Of a stretch of 64,000 nt of DNA, positions 1 through 10,216 are shown in pieces. Both the position numbers and the translations under genes were made by a program. Origin of the DNA: Alphaproteobacteria bacterium (GTDB lineage Bacteria; Pseudomonadota; Alphaproteobacteria; UBA7887); contig CBDCGL010000011.1 of assembly GCA_965216755.1 (NCBI GenBank), positions 480,001 through 544,000 on the forward strand, given 5' to 3'. Within the stretch, counting starts at the first letter, position 1, and every line of letters starts with the position of its first letter. Below the pieces are notes generated by a model that saw only the letters and a program-made list of their open reading frames with translations, ran no database searches and was not told the origin of the DNA.

Positions 1-1
1 A

Positions 2-1522
2 GAAATCGAATGGCATGAGGATTCCCCGGTCGGCAAGCTCGACTTGTTGGTTAACCTCAATATCCGAATGGACTCGACCGCAAACTATTCGGATGTCGTG
101 TTGCCAGCAGCGTTCTGGTACGAGAAATACGACGTGACATTTGGTGATATGCACACTTTTGTGCATCCGTTGACGCCAGCCACCCAGCCGCCTTGGGAAG
201 CCAAACATGACTGGGACGCGTTTCGGCTAATTGCCCGGAAGTTTACGGACTTGGCGAAGAAACACTTCCCCGAGCCGGTTAAGGACATCGTGTTCAACGC
301 ACTGTGGATGGACAGTCCCGAACAACTCGCCCAACCGCTGGGAGAGATAAAGGATTGGCGTAACGGGGACACCGAACCGGTACCAGGCAAAACGTTTCCG
401 AGCATTAGCATTGTCGAGAGAGACTACAGCCAAGTCTACGAGAAGATGGTTTCTCTTGGCCCACTCGTATGCCAGCCTAAGGGTTATGGTTCCAAGGGAC
501 AATATACAGACCTGACGCCGATTGTTGAAGAAGAGCTCAAGCACAATGAGGCGCTTGAGGTGCGGGATGGGCGTGTCCGCTTCGAGCGAGCCGAGCAGGC
601 GTGCGAACTGATTCTACAGATATCACCTGAGCTTAACGGTCGGCTATCTTGGCTTTTCTTCAAGGAGATGGAGAAAAAGGTCGGGTTGCCAATGGCCGAC
701 ATGGTTGAAGTCGTCAAGAACCGAAAAGTCCATTACAAGGACGTCATTTCTCAACCGAGAAGAATTCATACGACACCACAATGGAGCGCGCTGCTGCATG
801 ACGAAAACGGCAAGCAGCGGACATTTGCGCCATGGACAATGAACGTAGAACGACTCAAGCCGTGGCACACGCTCTCGGGACGGCAAGAGGTCTACTACGA
901 CCATCAAGGCATTCGAGAGTTGGGCGAAGCGCTGCCGACAAACAAACCACCTCTCGACATGGTGGCCATCGGTGACATCAATATGGAACGGGCCGGCCCC
1001 AAGTCGAAAGTGTTCCGGTTCATCACGCCACATGGCAAATGGCAGATACATAGTTCGTTCAGAGACCACTGGCCGATGATGCATATGTCGCGGGGCGGAC
1101 CAACAGTCTGGATTAATCCCGATGATGCAAACGAAATTGAGGTGAAAGACAACGATTGGGTGGAGATGTATTGCGAAAATGGGATCGAGGTCGTACGCGC
1201 TGTCGTCAGCCATCAAGTCCCGCGCAACATGGCGATCACCTACCACCAAGTCGAACGAAACGTAAATGTTCCGTTTTCGCCTCTTGCAAAGCAGAACGAT
1301 TGTTCGGATTTACGCGGCGGAAACAACAATGCGACCACGCGTATCCTCATGAACCCGGCTACGATGATCGGCGGCTATGCACAGTTCTCCTATTACATCA
1401 ATTATTGGGGGACAAGCCCATCGGAACGCGATCACGGTGTGATCATTCGAAAAATGCCATTGGGCGTGGGTAACAAACCCATCTACCAGGAAAGTGAACT
1501 TCACAAGGTGCCGGCAAGGTAA
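2..1522 (+). CDS. narG: Respiratory nitrate reductase alpha subunit (NarG/NxrA family), C-terminal part; 5' end lies outside the window
   Basis: Frame open from base 2 (EIEWHEDSPVGKLDLLV..RMDSTANYSDVVLPAAFWYEK); motifs PWHTLSGRQ..Y.DH, TPHGKWQIHS, SRGGP.VWINP.DA, GGYAQFSYYINYWG; followed by narHJI. Confidence 0.93.
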   Translation, partial: EIEWHEDSPVGKLDLLVNLNIRMDSTANYSDVVLPAAFWYEKYDVTFGDMHTFVHPLTPATQPPWEAKHDWDAFRLIARKFTDLAKKHFPEPVKDIVFNALWMDSPEQLAQPLGEIKDWRNGDTEPVPGKTFPSISIVERDYSQVYEKMVSLGPLVCQPKGYGSKGQYTDLTPIVEEELKHNEALEVRDGRVRFERAEQACELILQISPELNGRLSWLFFKEMEKKVGLPMADMVEVVKNRKVHYKDVISQPRRIHTTPQWSALLHDENGKQRTFAPWTMNVERLKPWHTLSGRQEVYYDHQGIRELGEALPTNKPPLDMVAIGDINMERAGPKSKVFRFITPHGKWQIHSSFRDHWPMMHMSRGGPTVWINPDDANEIEVKDNDWVEMYCENGIEVVRAVVSHQVPRNMAITYHQVERNVNVPFSPLAKQNDCSDLRGGNNNATTRILMNPATMIGGYAQFSYYINYWGTSPSERDHGVIIRKMPLGVGNKPIYQESELHKVPAR

Positions 1523-1533
1523 GGACAAAGACT

Positions 1534-3102
1534 ATGCAGATTAAAGCCCAGCTAAGTATGTCCTTTAATTTGGAGAAGTGCATCGGCTGCAATACGTGCA
1601 CGGTCGCCTGTAAGAACGTTTGGACGAACCGTGAGGGCGCCGAATACATGTGGTGGAACAATGTCGAAACGAAGCCCGGTATCGGTTACCCGAAGCAATG
1701 GGAAAAGCAGGAACTCTGGAAAGGCGGTTGGATAAGAAAGGGAGATAAGCTTGTACTTCGCTACGGCAACAAGTCGTACATGCTCTCGAACCTGTTTTTC
1801 AATCCGCATATGCCGGAAATGGCTGACTATTATGGCAACGGCGACGTCTATACGTTCACATATGACGATCTCCACTCCAGCGATCAATCTCAGCAACAGC
1901 CGGTCGGACGGCCGAAGTCTATGGTCACCGATGAAGAGGATGTACCGATCGATTGGGGCGTTAATTGGGAGGACAACGCTGGTGGTGCTCACGTAACTGG
2001 AAAGCATGACGTCAACTACGGTGAAATGAGCAAGTCTGAAATGGAGGCGACTCTGAAGTTTCGAGACGTGTTCTATTTCTACCTGCCGCGCATTTGTAAT
2101 CATTGCCTTAATCCCGGTTGCGTCGGCGGTTGCCCGTCGGGCGCTGCATACAAACGGGACGAGGACGGCGTCGTCTTGATCGACCAGAACAGGTGTCGAA
2201 ATTGGCGCTACTGCATTTCGTCCTGCCCCTACAAGAAGCCGTACTACAACTGGGCAAGCGGCAAAATGGAGAAGTGCATTCTCTGCTATCCGAGAGTCGA
2301 ATCAGGCCTGCCGCCAGTCTGTTTCCATTCGTGTGTTGGCAAGATTCGGTCGTTTGGTGTCATTTTCTATGACATGGATCGTGTGCACGATGCCGCGATG
2401 GCGGATGACAAGGACTTGGTCGAAGCACAGCGGGATATCATTCTGGATCCGTTCGATCCGGCAATCATCGAAGCAGCCAAGAAATCTGGCATCAGCGATG
2501 ATTGGATCGACGCCGCGCAACGTTCACCGATATACAAGATGGTCAAGAAGTGGAAGTTGGCACTTCCCCTTCATCCCGAATTCAGAACCTTGCCAAACCT
2601 TTTTTACATACCGCCGTTGGCGCCGCTAATCACCAGCGCGGGCAACGTTTCGCCTTCGGACAAGGATATATTCGATATGGCGAAGCCATCCAACGGCCCG
2701 CTTATCGGCCTGGAGGAAATCGACAAGTTTCGTGTACCCCTTAAATATCTTGCGGGCTTATTCGGCGCGGGGAATGAGGATGTAGTCAGACTGGCTCTGC
2801 TGCGTCAGTTGGCTGTTCGACATTACCAGAGAAGCATTAGGGTCGACAACGCGCCCAACGTCGAAGTGCTCAAACAAGTCGGCCTTAGCGAAGAGGACGC
2901 TAAGGGAATCGTTCGCGGCTTATCGCTGTCATTTTATAACGAACGATTTGTCGTCCCGACTACCAAACGCGAAGCTGCGGATATCAGCCCATATACCGAG
3001 CGCGGTCTCGCCGGTTTTGAGCAGATGACACCGTGGTCACCAATGAAACGGAAGAAGAGCTATCACAAGTCATACCATACCGGGTCGAAGCGCTATGAGT
3101 GA
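1534..3102 (+). CDS. narH: Respiratory nitrate reductase beta (Fe-S) subunit
   Basis: Cys groups CIGCNTCTVAC, CNHCLNPGC...CP, CRNWRYC...CPY, CILCYPR...C...C; NNVETKPGIGYP; LPLHPEFRTLP. Confidence 0.95.
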   Translation: MQIKAQLSMSFNLEKCIGCNTCTVACKNVWTNREGAEYMWWNNVETKPGIGYPKQWEKQELWKGGWIRKGDKLVLRYGNKSYMLSNLFFNPHMPEMADYYGNGDVYTFTYDDLHSSDQSQQQPVGRPKSMVTDEEDVPIDWGVNWEDNAGGAHVTGKHDVNYGEMSKSEMEATLKFRDVFYFYLPRICNHCLNPGCVGGCPSGAAYKRDEDGVVLIDQNRCRNWRYCISSCPYKKPYYNWASGKMEKCILCYPRVESGLPPVCFHSCVGKIRSFGVIFYDMDRVHDAAMADDKDLVEAQRDIILDPFDPAIIEAAKKSGISDDWIDAAQRSPIYKMVKKWKLALPLHPEFRTLPNLFYIPPLAPLITSAGNVSPSDKDIFDMAKPSNGPLIGLEEIDKFRVPLKYLAGLFGAGNEDVVRLALLRQLAVRHYQRSIRVDNAPNVEVLKQVGLSEEDAKGIVRGLSLSFYNERFVVPTTKREAADISPYTERGLAGFEQMTPWSPMKRKKSYHKSYHTGSKRYE

Positions 3103-3685
3103 TAAAGCAAGATCAAAGGTTTTGAGCGAGGTGTACGGACTCATTGCCGAGTTGTGGTGCGGTCCGCCGGACACGGGCGCGAAGCGTGATGGCATTGAGA
3201 AGGATGCTGTTGCGGCGCTAGGCCACCTCGACGAACTAGAACCAGAGGGTGCAACGCTTCTCCGACGATTTCTAGCCGAAGACGCGCTAGCGGAAGAAGA
3301 TTACATCGACCTGTTCGAGTTGGAGCCCAAGTGTGCGCTCTATCTCGGCAGCCATAGCTACGACGAACCCAAAACTTGCGCTGGCGCGGCGGTGTCCGAG
3401 CGCAACGAATACATGATCGAACTTGTTGGAATTTACCGACACTTCAAGCGGGTGCCAAATGGCACAGAATTGCCTGACTATTTGCCATTGATGGTGGACT
3501 TCTTAGCTCTAACGTCGGAATCGCAAGATGATCCCGTCAGAACAAAATTTATTCGGGAATATTTCGTTCCATACCTGTCGCCAATACGATCGCGCCTTCA
3601 AGAACTCAAGACACCGTACCTCTATCTTCTCCAGGCGCTTGAACGAATTGTCAGTGTTGACCAAAGGAACACTCAATGCCACTGA
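3095..3685 (+). CDS. narJ: Nitrate reductase Mo-cofactor assembly chaperone (NarJ/TorD family)
   Basis: YIDLFE...ALYL and ELPDYLPLMVDF motifs; start overlaps the narH stop; lies between narH and narI. Confidence 0.88.
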   Translation: MSDKARSKVLSEVYGLIAELWCGPPDTGAKRDGIEKDAVAALGHLDELEPEGATLLRRFLAEDALAEEDYIDLFELEPKCALYLGSHSYDEPKTCAGAAVSERNEYMIELVGIYRHFKRVPNGTELPDYLPLMVDFLALTSESQDDPVRTKFIREYFVPYLSPIRSRLQELKTPYLYLLQALERIVSVDQRNTQCH

Positions 3686-3709
3686 GCGTTGAAGGAAAGG
3701 TGGAAGAGG

Positions 3710-4408
3710 ATGTGGGATAATTTCTTTTTCGTCGGACTCCCGTACATTGCCATCATTCTGCTGATCGGCGGCACGATACATCGCGGCTTAAGTGGGACTA
3801 TGAGTGGATATCGCGGGAAATGGGATTTAAGCGCGCGCGGCGACTTTTTGTGGACAACACGTTCCACAGGCTTTTTTGGGCGTGCTTCAATCGGACCCGC
3901 TTCCTTGTGTTTACATTGGGGAGCGATAATCCTTCTTGTTGGGCATATTGCCGGTTTTATCGGCGGTGCATACAATCTCACGTCGTGGGTTGAGTTCTTT
4001 AGGTGGGCCGGGTTGGGGGGCGGCGTTCTCTTCATCTATGGCTTGGCTTGGGCCTTTGTTCGCCGGCTCAGTATCCCGCAAGTTCGCGCAATGAGCACAC
4101 CGGATGACTACATCATTCTGATTTTCCTAATCTTGATTGGGGGACTCGGTTTGTACCAATCCGGTATTGAGTTGGTTTTCGGAGTTTCATATTCGGTGGG
4201 GCCCTGGTTCGCGAGTGTGTTCAAGCTGCAACCGGACATATCAATGATTTCAGGCGCACCGCTGGTTAACAAGCTGCACATTATCCTGGCACTGCTTTTC
4301 TTTGCCTACCTGCCGTTTACAAAACTCGTGCACATTTTTAGCTATCCGTTCGGCTACATGACGCGACCGTTCATCTCAATGAGAAAGTATGTGGCGCTGA
4401 AAAAGTAA
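3710..4408 (+). CDS. narI: Respiratory nitrate reductase gamma subunit (diheme cytochrome b)
   Basis: Five hydrophobic segments; four heme-ligand His (LHWG, VGH, KLH, PFTKLVH); ATG at 3710 after GGAAGAGG. Confidence 0.9.
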   Translation: MWDNFFFVGLPYIAIILLIGGTIHRGLSGTMSGYRGKWDLSARGDFLWTTRSTGFFGRASIGPASLCLHWGAIILLVGHIAGFIGGAYNLTSWVEFFRWAGLGGGVLFIYGLAWAFVRRLSIPQVRAMSTPDDYIILIFLILIGGLGLYQSGIELVFGVSYSVGPWFASVFKLQPDISMISGAPLVNKLHIILALLFFAYLPFTKLVHIFSYPFGYMTRPFISMRKYVALKK

Positions 4409-4741
4409 GGGCGTGTTTCGGTATCCGATCGTATCGATCCGGGGCGGTGTTCGGGGCTGCAAGGTGATGACTTGCTGGGTGAAGCCGAGAGAAGTCCCGT
4501 ACCGGAAACGTGGCCGGTTCTCGACTTTGACGAGGACTTGCGGATCTGAGCACGACGCCATGTGGGCCGTAAGGATTTCAAAGAGAGTGGCACCCGAGTG
4601 CGTCGTGGATTGTTTCCCAAAGCACAGACTGCGGTGGCTGTTGCCACAACCGCGGCGATGCGATCCGGCCGTCCGGCAATGTCGGACCCGCAAGAGCGTT
4701 AAGCCATTGTGGTCGGACAATGCATATGGGGTGTGCATATA

Positions 4742-7444
4742 GTGAGCGACGACACCATAGTATACGATCGAAGGAAACAATACACCGTTCTTACCATGAA
4801 TACGGCGGCCTTTACGGTCAATTTCATGGTTTGGACGATGTTCTCGATTATTGGCATTAAAATCAAAGGCGAGCTCGGTCTCAATGAGACGGAGTTCGGG
4901 TTGTTGGTCGCCACTCCCATTCTTACCGGATCTCTCGTCCGACTGCCGTTGGGTTTGTTGACCGATCGGTACGGCGGCCGCGTCGTATATTTCTGTCAAA
5001 TGCTTTTGGTTGCTATTTCTACCTATGGATTAGCATTTGCCGACCAATACTGGCAGTACCTTCTCATTGGCCTTTGTATAGGCCTGGCCGGCGGTTCCTT
5101 TGCCATCGGGATCGCCTATACGTCAGCATGGTTTGGCAGACGCCAGCAAGGTACGGCCATGGGGATCTTCGGGGCCGGCAACGCGGGCGCTGCCGTCACC
5201 AATATGGTTGCACCGTTGATCGTTGTTGCACTCGGCTGGCGGGCCGTGCCGCAGATTTATTCGATTACAATGCTTGTGATGGCGATCATATTTTGGATGT
5301 TTACGTATCCGGATCCGTTATTGGAGGAACGCCGCAGAACGCGTAGCATACCAAGCCTTGCCGAACAACTTGTACCGCTGGGCGATCTTCGAGTTTGGCG
5401 TTTTGGTCTGGCATATTACTTTGTCTTCGGCGGATTTGTCGCGCTCGCGCTTTGGTTGCCAAAATACTATATGCAAGAGTACGGGCTTGGCCTTACTCAA
5501 GCATCATATATTGCTTTGGCATTTACGTTGCCGTCTGGCGTGATCCGGGCGCTTGGCGGATGGTTCTCCGACAAATGGGGCGGGGATACGGTTACCTGGT
5601 GGGTATTTTGGGTTTCCATAATTTGTTTGTTTTTTCTGTCGTACCCGGCGACGACATTTACTGTACACGGGATATCGGGTGACACGACTTTCGACCTCGC
5701 CGTCAGCGTCATCTTCTTCACGTTTCTTGTATTTATTGTGGGTATCGCGCAAGGCATTGGGAAGGCCAGCGTCTACCGGAGCCTCGCCGACGTGTATCCC
5801 AGAAACATGGGTGCGGTAGGCGGTTTGGTTGGTGTCATTGGCGGACTGGGTGGCTTCTCACTTCCCATCATGTTCGGCGTAGCAGCTGATGCGACCGATG
5901 TGCGTAGCAGCACGTTTATGCTGATGTATGCCGTCCTCGCAGGAATCATGTTGTGGACTTGGTTGGCGGCTAAACAAGAACGGTTGAAGATGCTTCAGGG
6001 CGACCCGGAGTATCGCGAGAAAGTCATCCGGAACGAAATTCTTGCGGCGGCCCAGCAACCGACGAGTTGGCTGCGGGACTGGCGACCGGAGGATGACGCG
6101 TTTTGGGGTCGGAGCGGTCGCAGTATCGCTTTACGCAACCTAATCTTCTCGATGCCGCCCCTGCTATTGTCATTTGCGGTGTGGATGGTTTGGAGCGTTG
6201 TCGTCGTCGAACTACCCCGCATCGGCTTTGAGTTCTCAACGAGTGAGTTGTTCTGGTTGGCAGCCGCACCGGGCCTTTCTGGTGCCGCTTTAAGGCTTCT
6301 CTACGCTTTTGTCGTCCCGATCTTCGGAGGTAGAAACTGGACAATAGTGAGTACGGCGTCTCTTTTGATACCGACGTTGTGGATGTCGTTGGCTGTTCAG
6401 AATCCCGGCACTGACTATGCTGTTTTTGTTGTTATCGCGCTGCTGTGCGGCTTAGGCGGTGGCAATTTCTCCTCCAGTATGGCCAACATAAGTTTCTTCT
6501 TTCCCAGACGAATGCAGGGTACGGCCCTGGGCTGGAACGCAGGGATCGGTAATCTCGGCGTCGGACTCGTTCAGGCGGTCGTTCCGCTGGTTATCTATGC
6601 CGGCGCATTCACAATCTTAGGGGGTGAAGCGCAATCTCATGTGAGTGGTGACGTTGTCAGCGCGGTCTGGTTGCAAAACGCAGGATTTGCTTGGATTCCA
6701 TTTATACTTGGCGCCACTTTCGCTTCGGCACTCACTCAGAACAACATCCAGGAGGCGCGTGCAACGTTTAGTCAGCAATGTGTCATTTTTGCGCGGAAGC
6801 ACGCTTGGTTACTTGCCTGGCTGTATGTCGGCACATTCGGTTCCTTCATAGGCTTCTCAGCCGCTTTTCCGGGGCTGCTCAATACCCTGTTTCCAGAAAC
6901 GGACATCGTCCGGTGGGCATTTATCGGACCATTGCTTGGTGCCCTAATTCGGCCGCTTGGCGGCTGGCTTTCGGATCGAGTTGGTGGGGCAAGGGTCACG
7001 TTTTGGAATTTTGTGGTGATGTTGGTGGCCGCGATCGCGTTGGTTTGGACGTTGCCGTCGGGACCTGCTGGCAGTGACGCATTTGGGTTCGTCCTGGCAT
7101 CTATGTTGCTTTTTGTTACGGCGGGTATCGGAAACGGATCAGTTTTCCATCTGGTGCCGACCGTATTTAGCAAGCTCCACGTCAATCGCGCCGGTGCGGC
7201 CGCGCGCGTCGGCGAAACGGCCGCCATATCAAGCAGCGAGATTGAAACATCCGTCGCGCTGGGCTTCGCTGCGTCTATTGGGGCTCTGGGTTTGTTCTTT
7301 GTGCCAGCGTTCTTCGCAATATCTATCGAGAGCACTGGCACCGCTCGGTTGGCCCTGCTTGCCTTTGTTGCATTTTGCCTTTCATGCCTGTTCGTGACTT
7401 GGTGGTGGTATCGACGTCCAGGATCGGAAGTCGAATGTGCTTGA
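4742..7444 (+). CDS. narK: Fused NarK1-NarK2 nitrate/nitrite transporter (two MFS NNP modules)
   Basis: ~900 aa. Module 1: GSLVRLPLG, GLAGGSF, GIFGAGNAG. Module 2: WRPEDDAFW...A.RNL, GLGGGNFSSSMANISFFFP, FGSFIGFS, GIGNGS. GTG 4742 chosen as start (ORF track opens at 4709). Confidence 0.9.
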   Translation: MSDDTIVYDRRKQYTVLTMNTAAFTVNFMVWTMFSIIGIKIKGELGLNETEFGLLVATPILTGSLVRLPLGLLTDRYGGRVVYFCQMLLVAISTYGLAFADQYWQYLLIGLCIGLAGGSFAIGIAYTSAWFGRRQQGTAMGIFGAGNAGAAVTNMVAPLIVVALGWRAVPQIYSITMLVMAIIFWMFTYPDPLLEERRRTRSIPSLAEQLVPLGDLRVWRFGLAYYFVFGGFVALALWLPKYYMQEYGLGLTQASYIALAFTLPSGVIRALGGWFSDKWGGDTVTWWVFWVSIICLFFLSYPATTFTVHGISGDTTFDLAVSVIFFTFLVFIVGIAQGIGKASVYRSLADVYPRNMGAVGGLVGVIGGLGGFSLPIMFGVAADATDVRSSTFMLMYAVLAGIMLWTWLAAKQERLKMLQGDPEYREKVIRNEILAAAQQPTSWLRDWRPEDDAFWGRSGRSIALRNLIFSMPPLLLSFAVWMVWSVVVVELPRIGFEFSTSELFWLAAAPGLSGAALRLLYAFVVPIFGGRNWTIVSTASLLIPTLWMSLAVQNPGTDYAVFVVIALLCGLGGGNFSSSMANISFFFPRRMQGTALGWNAGIGNLGVGLVQAVVPLVIYAGAFTILGGEAQSHVSGDVVSAVWLQNAGFAWIPFILGATFASALTQNNIQEARATFSQQCVIFARKHAWLLAWLYVGTFGSFIGFSAAFPGLLNTLFPETDIVRWAFIGPLLGALIRPLGGWLSDRVGGARVTFWNFVVMLVAAIALVWTLPSGPAGSDAFGFVLASMLLFVTAGIGNGSVFHLVPTVFSKLHVNRAGAAARVGETAAISSSEIETSVALGFAASIGALGLFFVPAFFAISIESTGTARLALLAFVAFCLSCLFVTWWWYRRPGSEVECA

Positions 7445-7604
7445 TATGTGCTATCGAAGGTCTTGGTCCCCACGGCGCTACACATACCGGAAATACGCTG
7501 GGTGTCACCGAGCCTTTTGCGCGCGCAACCGACTCGTATTCGCGGTCGAAAGAGCGTGAGGTCGGTGTGATGAGCGACACAATGCGAAGCAACGGAAAAA
7601 CGAG

Positions 7605-9221
7605 ATGACTGAAATTACAAGGTGGGATATAGAAGACGGCGCATTCTGGGACTCGACTGGAAAACGCATCGCCAACCGCAATCTTTGGATCTCTGTGCCA
7701 AGCCTTCTGTGCGGCTTTGCTGTCTGGCTATACTGGGGAATCATCTCGGTCCAGATGCTAAATTTAGGGTTCCCATTTTCCAAGTCCGAGTTGTTTACAC
7801 TAACCGCGATAGCCGGATTTACGGGCGCGACACTACGGATTCCAAGTACGTTCTTCATCAGGATTGCTGGTGGGCGCAATACAATCTTTTTTACGACAGC
7901 CCTCCTGATGATTCCTGCGATCGGCTCTGGGATTGCACTGCAAGACAAAGATACGCCGCTATGGATGTTTCAGATCTTAGCACTGCTGTCCGGCTTCGGC
8001 GGCGGCAATTTCGCTTCCTCAATGTCCAACATCAGTTTCTTCTTTCCCAAGCGCATGCAAGGTCTTGCACTTGGTCTTAATGCGGGCCTGGGCAATGCCG
8101 GTGTCACCACTATGCAGGTGTTGGTTCCTTTGGTGATGACATTTGGCGTTTTCGGTGCGTTGGGCGGTGACCCAATGATCCTGCAAAACACTTCCGGTAC
8201 TTTGGTGGGTAAGATTCCTGCCGGCTCGGAAACCTGGATCGCCAATGCCGGTTTGGTTTGGTTGGTCCTGTTAATTCCGCTCGCGCTTGCCGGTTGGTTT
8301 GGCATGAACAACATACGAACACCCGAAGTCACACCCGTGATCAGTGGAGGCGTTATTGGCGCTTTCACACGTATAACATCAATGCTATTGGTCGGGTTGA
8401 CTACAGCGGCAGTGGGTCTCTATTTCATTCTTCCGGCGCCTTTTGGATTGGGTTTGCCGAATTGGTCGAAGTGGTACGTGCTCATCGGTGTCATCGCTGC
8501 AACAGTTATCCTTCTCTACTATGTCTGCTTTTTTGTTAGGGACAATCTCCGCCGCCAATATCAGATTTTCCGCAACAAGCATACGTGGGTGATGAGCGTC
8601 ATCTACACCATGACCTTCGGTTCTTTCATCGGCTATTCTGCCGCGTTTCCACTCGCCATCAAAGTTGTCTTTGGTTTTCAGCATCTTGAAGTCGATGGCG
8701 TCATGACGCACGACACGCTCAATCCGAATGGTCCGAGCGCGCTCATGTTTGCTTGGATGGGACCCTTTATTGGCGCCCTGATCCGACCTTTTGGGGGGTG
8801 GATTTCGGACAAGGTCGGTGGTGCAAAGGTCACGCAGGTCATCACAATCATAATGATCCTTAGTGCACTTGGTGTTGCCTACTACATGCACGCGGCTTAC
8901 CAGTCTGCAACACCGGAGGATTTCTTTCTGCCGTTCTTCGTTCTATTTCTTGTGCTGTTTGCGGGGACCGGGATAGGCAACGGTTCGACGTTTCGTACGA
9001 TTGCAATGATTTTTCCCAAGGAACAGGCCGGGCCGTCTTTGGGTTGGACGTCAGCCGTGGCCGCGTACGGTGCGTTCATTATACCCCAGGTATTCGGCGA
9101 ACAGATCAAGGCTGCGACGCCGGAACACGCGCTTTACGGTTTCGCGGTATTCTATTTTATTTGCCTACTACTTAATTGGTGGTACTACTTGGGGCCGAAA
9201 AGAGAGTTCGATAACCCTTAA
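7605..9221 (+). CDS. narK: NarK2-type nitrate/nitrite antiporter (MFS)
   Basis: WDIEDGAFW...ANRNLWIS, GFGGGNFASSMSNISFFFPK, TFGSFIGYS, GIGNGSTF. Confidence 0.92.
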   Translation: MTEITRWDIEDGAFWDSTGKRIANRNLWISVPSLLCGFAVWLYWGIISVQMLNLGFPFSKSELFTLTAIAGFTGATLRIPSTFFIRIAGGRNTIFFTTALLMIPAIGSGIALQDKDTPLWMFQILALLSGFGGGNFASSMSNISFFFPKRMQGLALGLNAGLGNAGVTTMQVLVPLVMTFGVFGALGGDPMILQNTSGTLVGKIPAGSETWIANAGLVWLVLLIPLALAGWFGMNNIRTPEVTPVISGGVIGAFTRITSMLLVGLTTAAVGLYFILPAPFGLGLPNWSKWYVLIGVIAATVILLYYVCFFVRDNLRRQYQIFRNKHTWVMSVIYTMTFGSFIGYSAAFPLAIKVVFGFQHLEVDGVMTHDTLNPNGPSALMFAWMGPFIGALIRPFGGWISDKVGGAKVTQVITIIMILSALGVAYYMHAAYQSATPEDFFLPFFVLFLVLFAGTGIGNGSTFRTIAMIFPKEQAGPSLGWTSAVAAYGAFIIPQVFGEQIKAATPEHALYGFAVFYFICLLLNWWYYLGPKREFDNP

Positions 9222-9340
9222 GAGTTTTGTTCGATGCGGCTGATCCTAGTGGTAAACGGCGAGGGTTCCATTTTATCGAAATCCGGTTAGGTCTAGAGAA
9301 CGGATGGAAGTCAAGCTCTGAGCGCAGGTAACAAATCGGT

Positions 9341-9787
9341 TCAGACTATACAAACTTTCCGAGTTCGGGCCCAATCCGTCCCGAGCTTGGTCAATGCGTC
9401 AGCGCCCAAAATTCGTCGCGCCATGGGAAACAGGACCTCTTCTTCCTTACGAAAATGGCTGCGCGCGGCGCTTAATGCGTCGGCCACCCAATAAACCGCT
9501 TGCTCGACTTCGTCTACGTCTTCGATTTGACCAAGTAGCTGCTCCATTTCGCGGTGTTCCGCAGTCATAACGGCTAGCGGACCGGCGTCCTGTCCCAAGT
9601 AAGGGGAGAGCGCGGTGAAAAGAAGGTCCTCCTCAATCTTGGCGTGCGAATCTACCATTGTCGCCAATACAGTTGTGGCGGCACGGATCTGAGCCATGGC
9701 ACCCTCAATAGTGGCGATGTCTTCAACTTGATTAAATAACATGTAAAACGCACCGTGTTCGCCAAGTAATGCGTCAGTCAATTGCAT
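9341..9787 (-). CDS. Hemerythrin (HHE cation-binding) domain protein
   Basis: Pattern L..EH, H..IEE..LF, M..EH, H..KEE..LFP. Confidence 0.88.
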   Translation of the reverse strand: MQLTDALLGEHGAFYMLFNQVEDIATIEGAMAQIRAATTVLATMVDSHAKIEEDLLFTALSPYLGQDAGPLAVMTAEHREMEQLLGQIEDVDEVEQAVYWVADALSAARSHFRKEEEVLFPMARRILGADALTKLGTDWARTRKVCIV

Positions 9788-10216
9788 GAGGTGAAACTCC
9801 CGAGCATTGTTTCAAGAGACACTACTACACATGCAATGTGACAGCAACTTGGAACTGATACACATGACTATTTGTCGAGGGTGCATTTATCGAGAAATGA
9901 CGTGTGTGAGATTACAGGCGCGCAGGACTTTCGGTGATGCTTGTCGGGAAGTTGCGATGGAGGTTAGGCGGCGCTTCACAACGCCGACTGGGTGTTAATT
10001 GAGAGGGCAACCTGACGTGTCGCGAGGAATGTCGCATTCGAGATCATGCTCGGATGCCGTTAATCGTGGCAACCGACGAATTTGGTCGAGTGAATGTAAC
10101 GATGGGAGAGGCACACATGACGCTAGGGCGGCACCCGACAGTCGTGAACCAAATTCGTTGATTGCTCGGCGGGGGCGGCCAGCAGGGCGGGGCGCTTGCT
10201 CGGCAATTCCGATGCT

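Noticed and set aside
4409-4741. Short ORFs between narI and narK
   Set aside because: No RBS, motif or coding-like composition recognised.
9855-9870. FNR-like site CTGATACACATGAC upstream of the hemerythrin gene
   Set aside because: Only 7/10 match to consensus; too weak to call.
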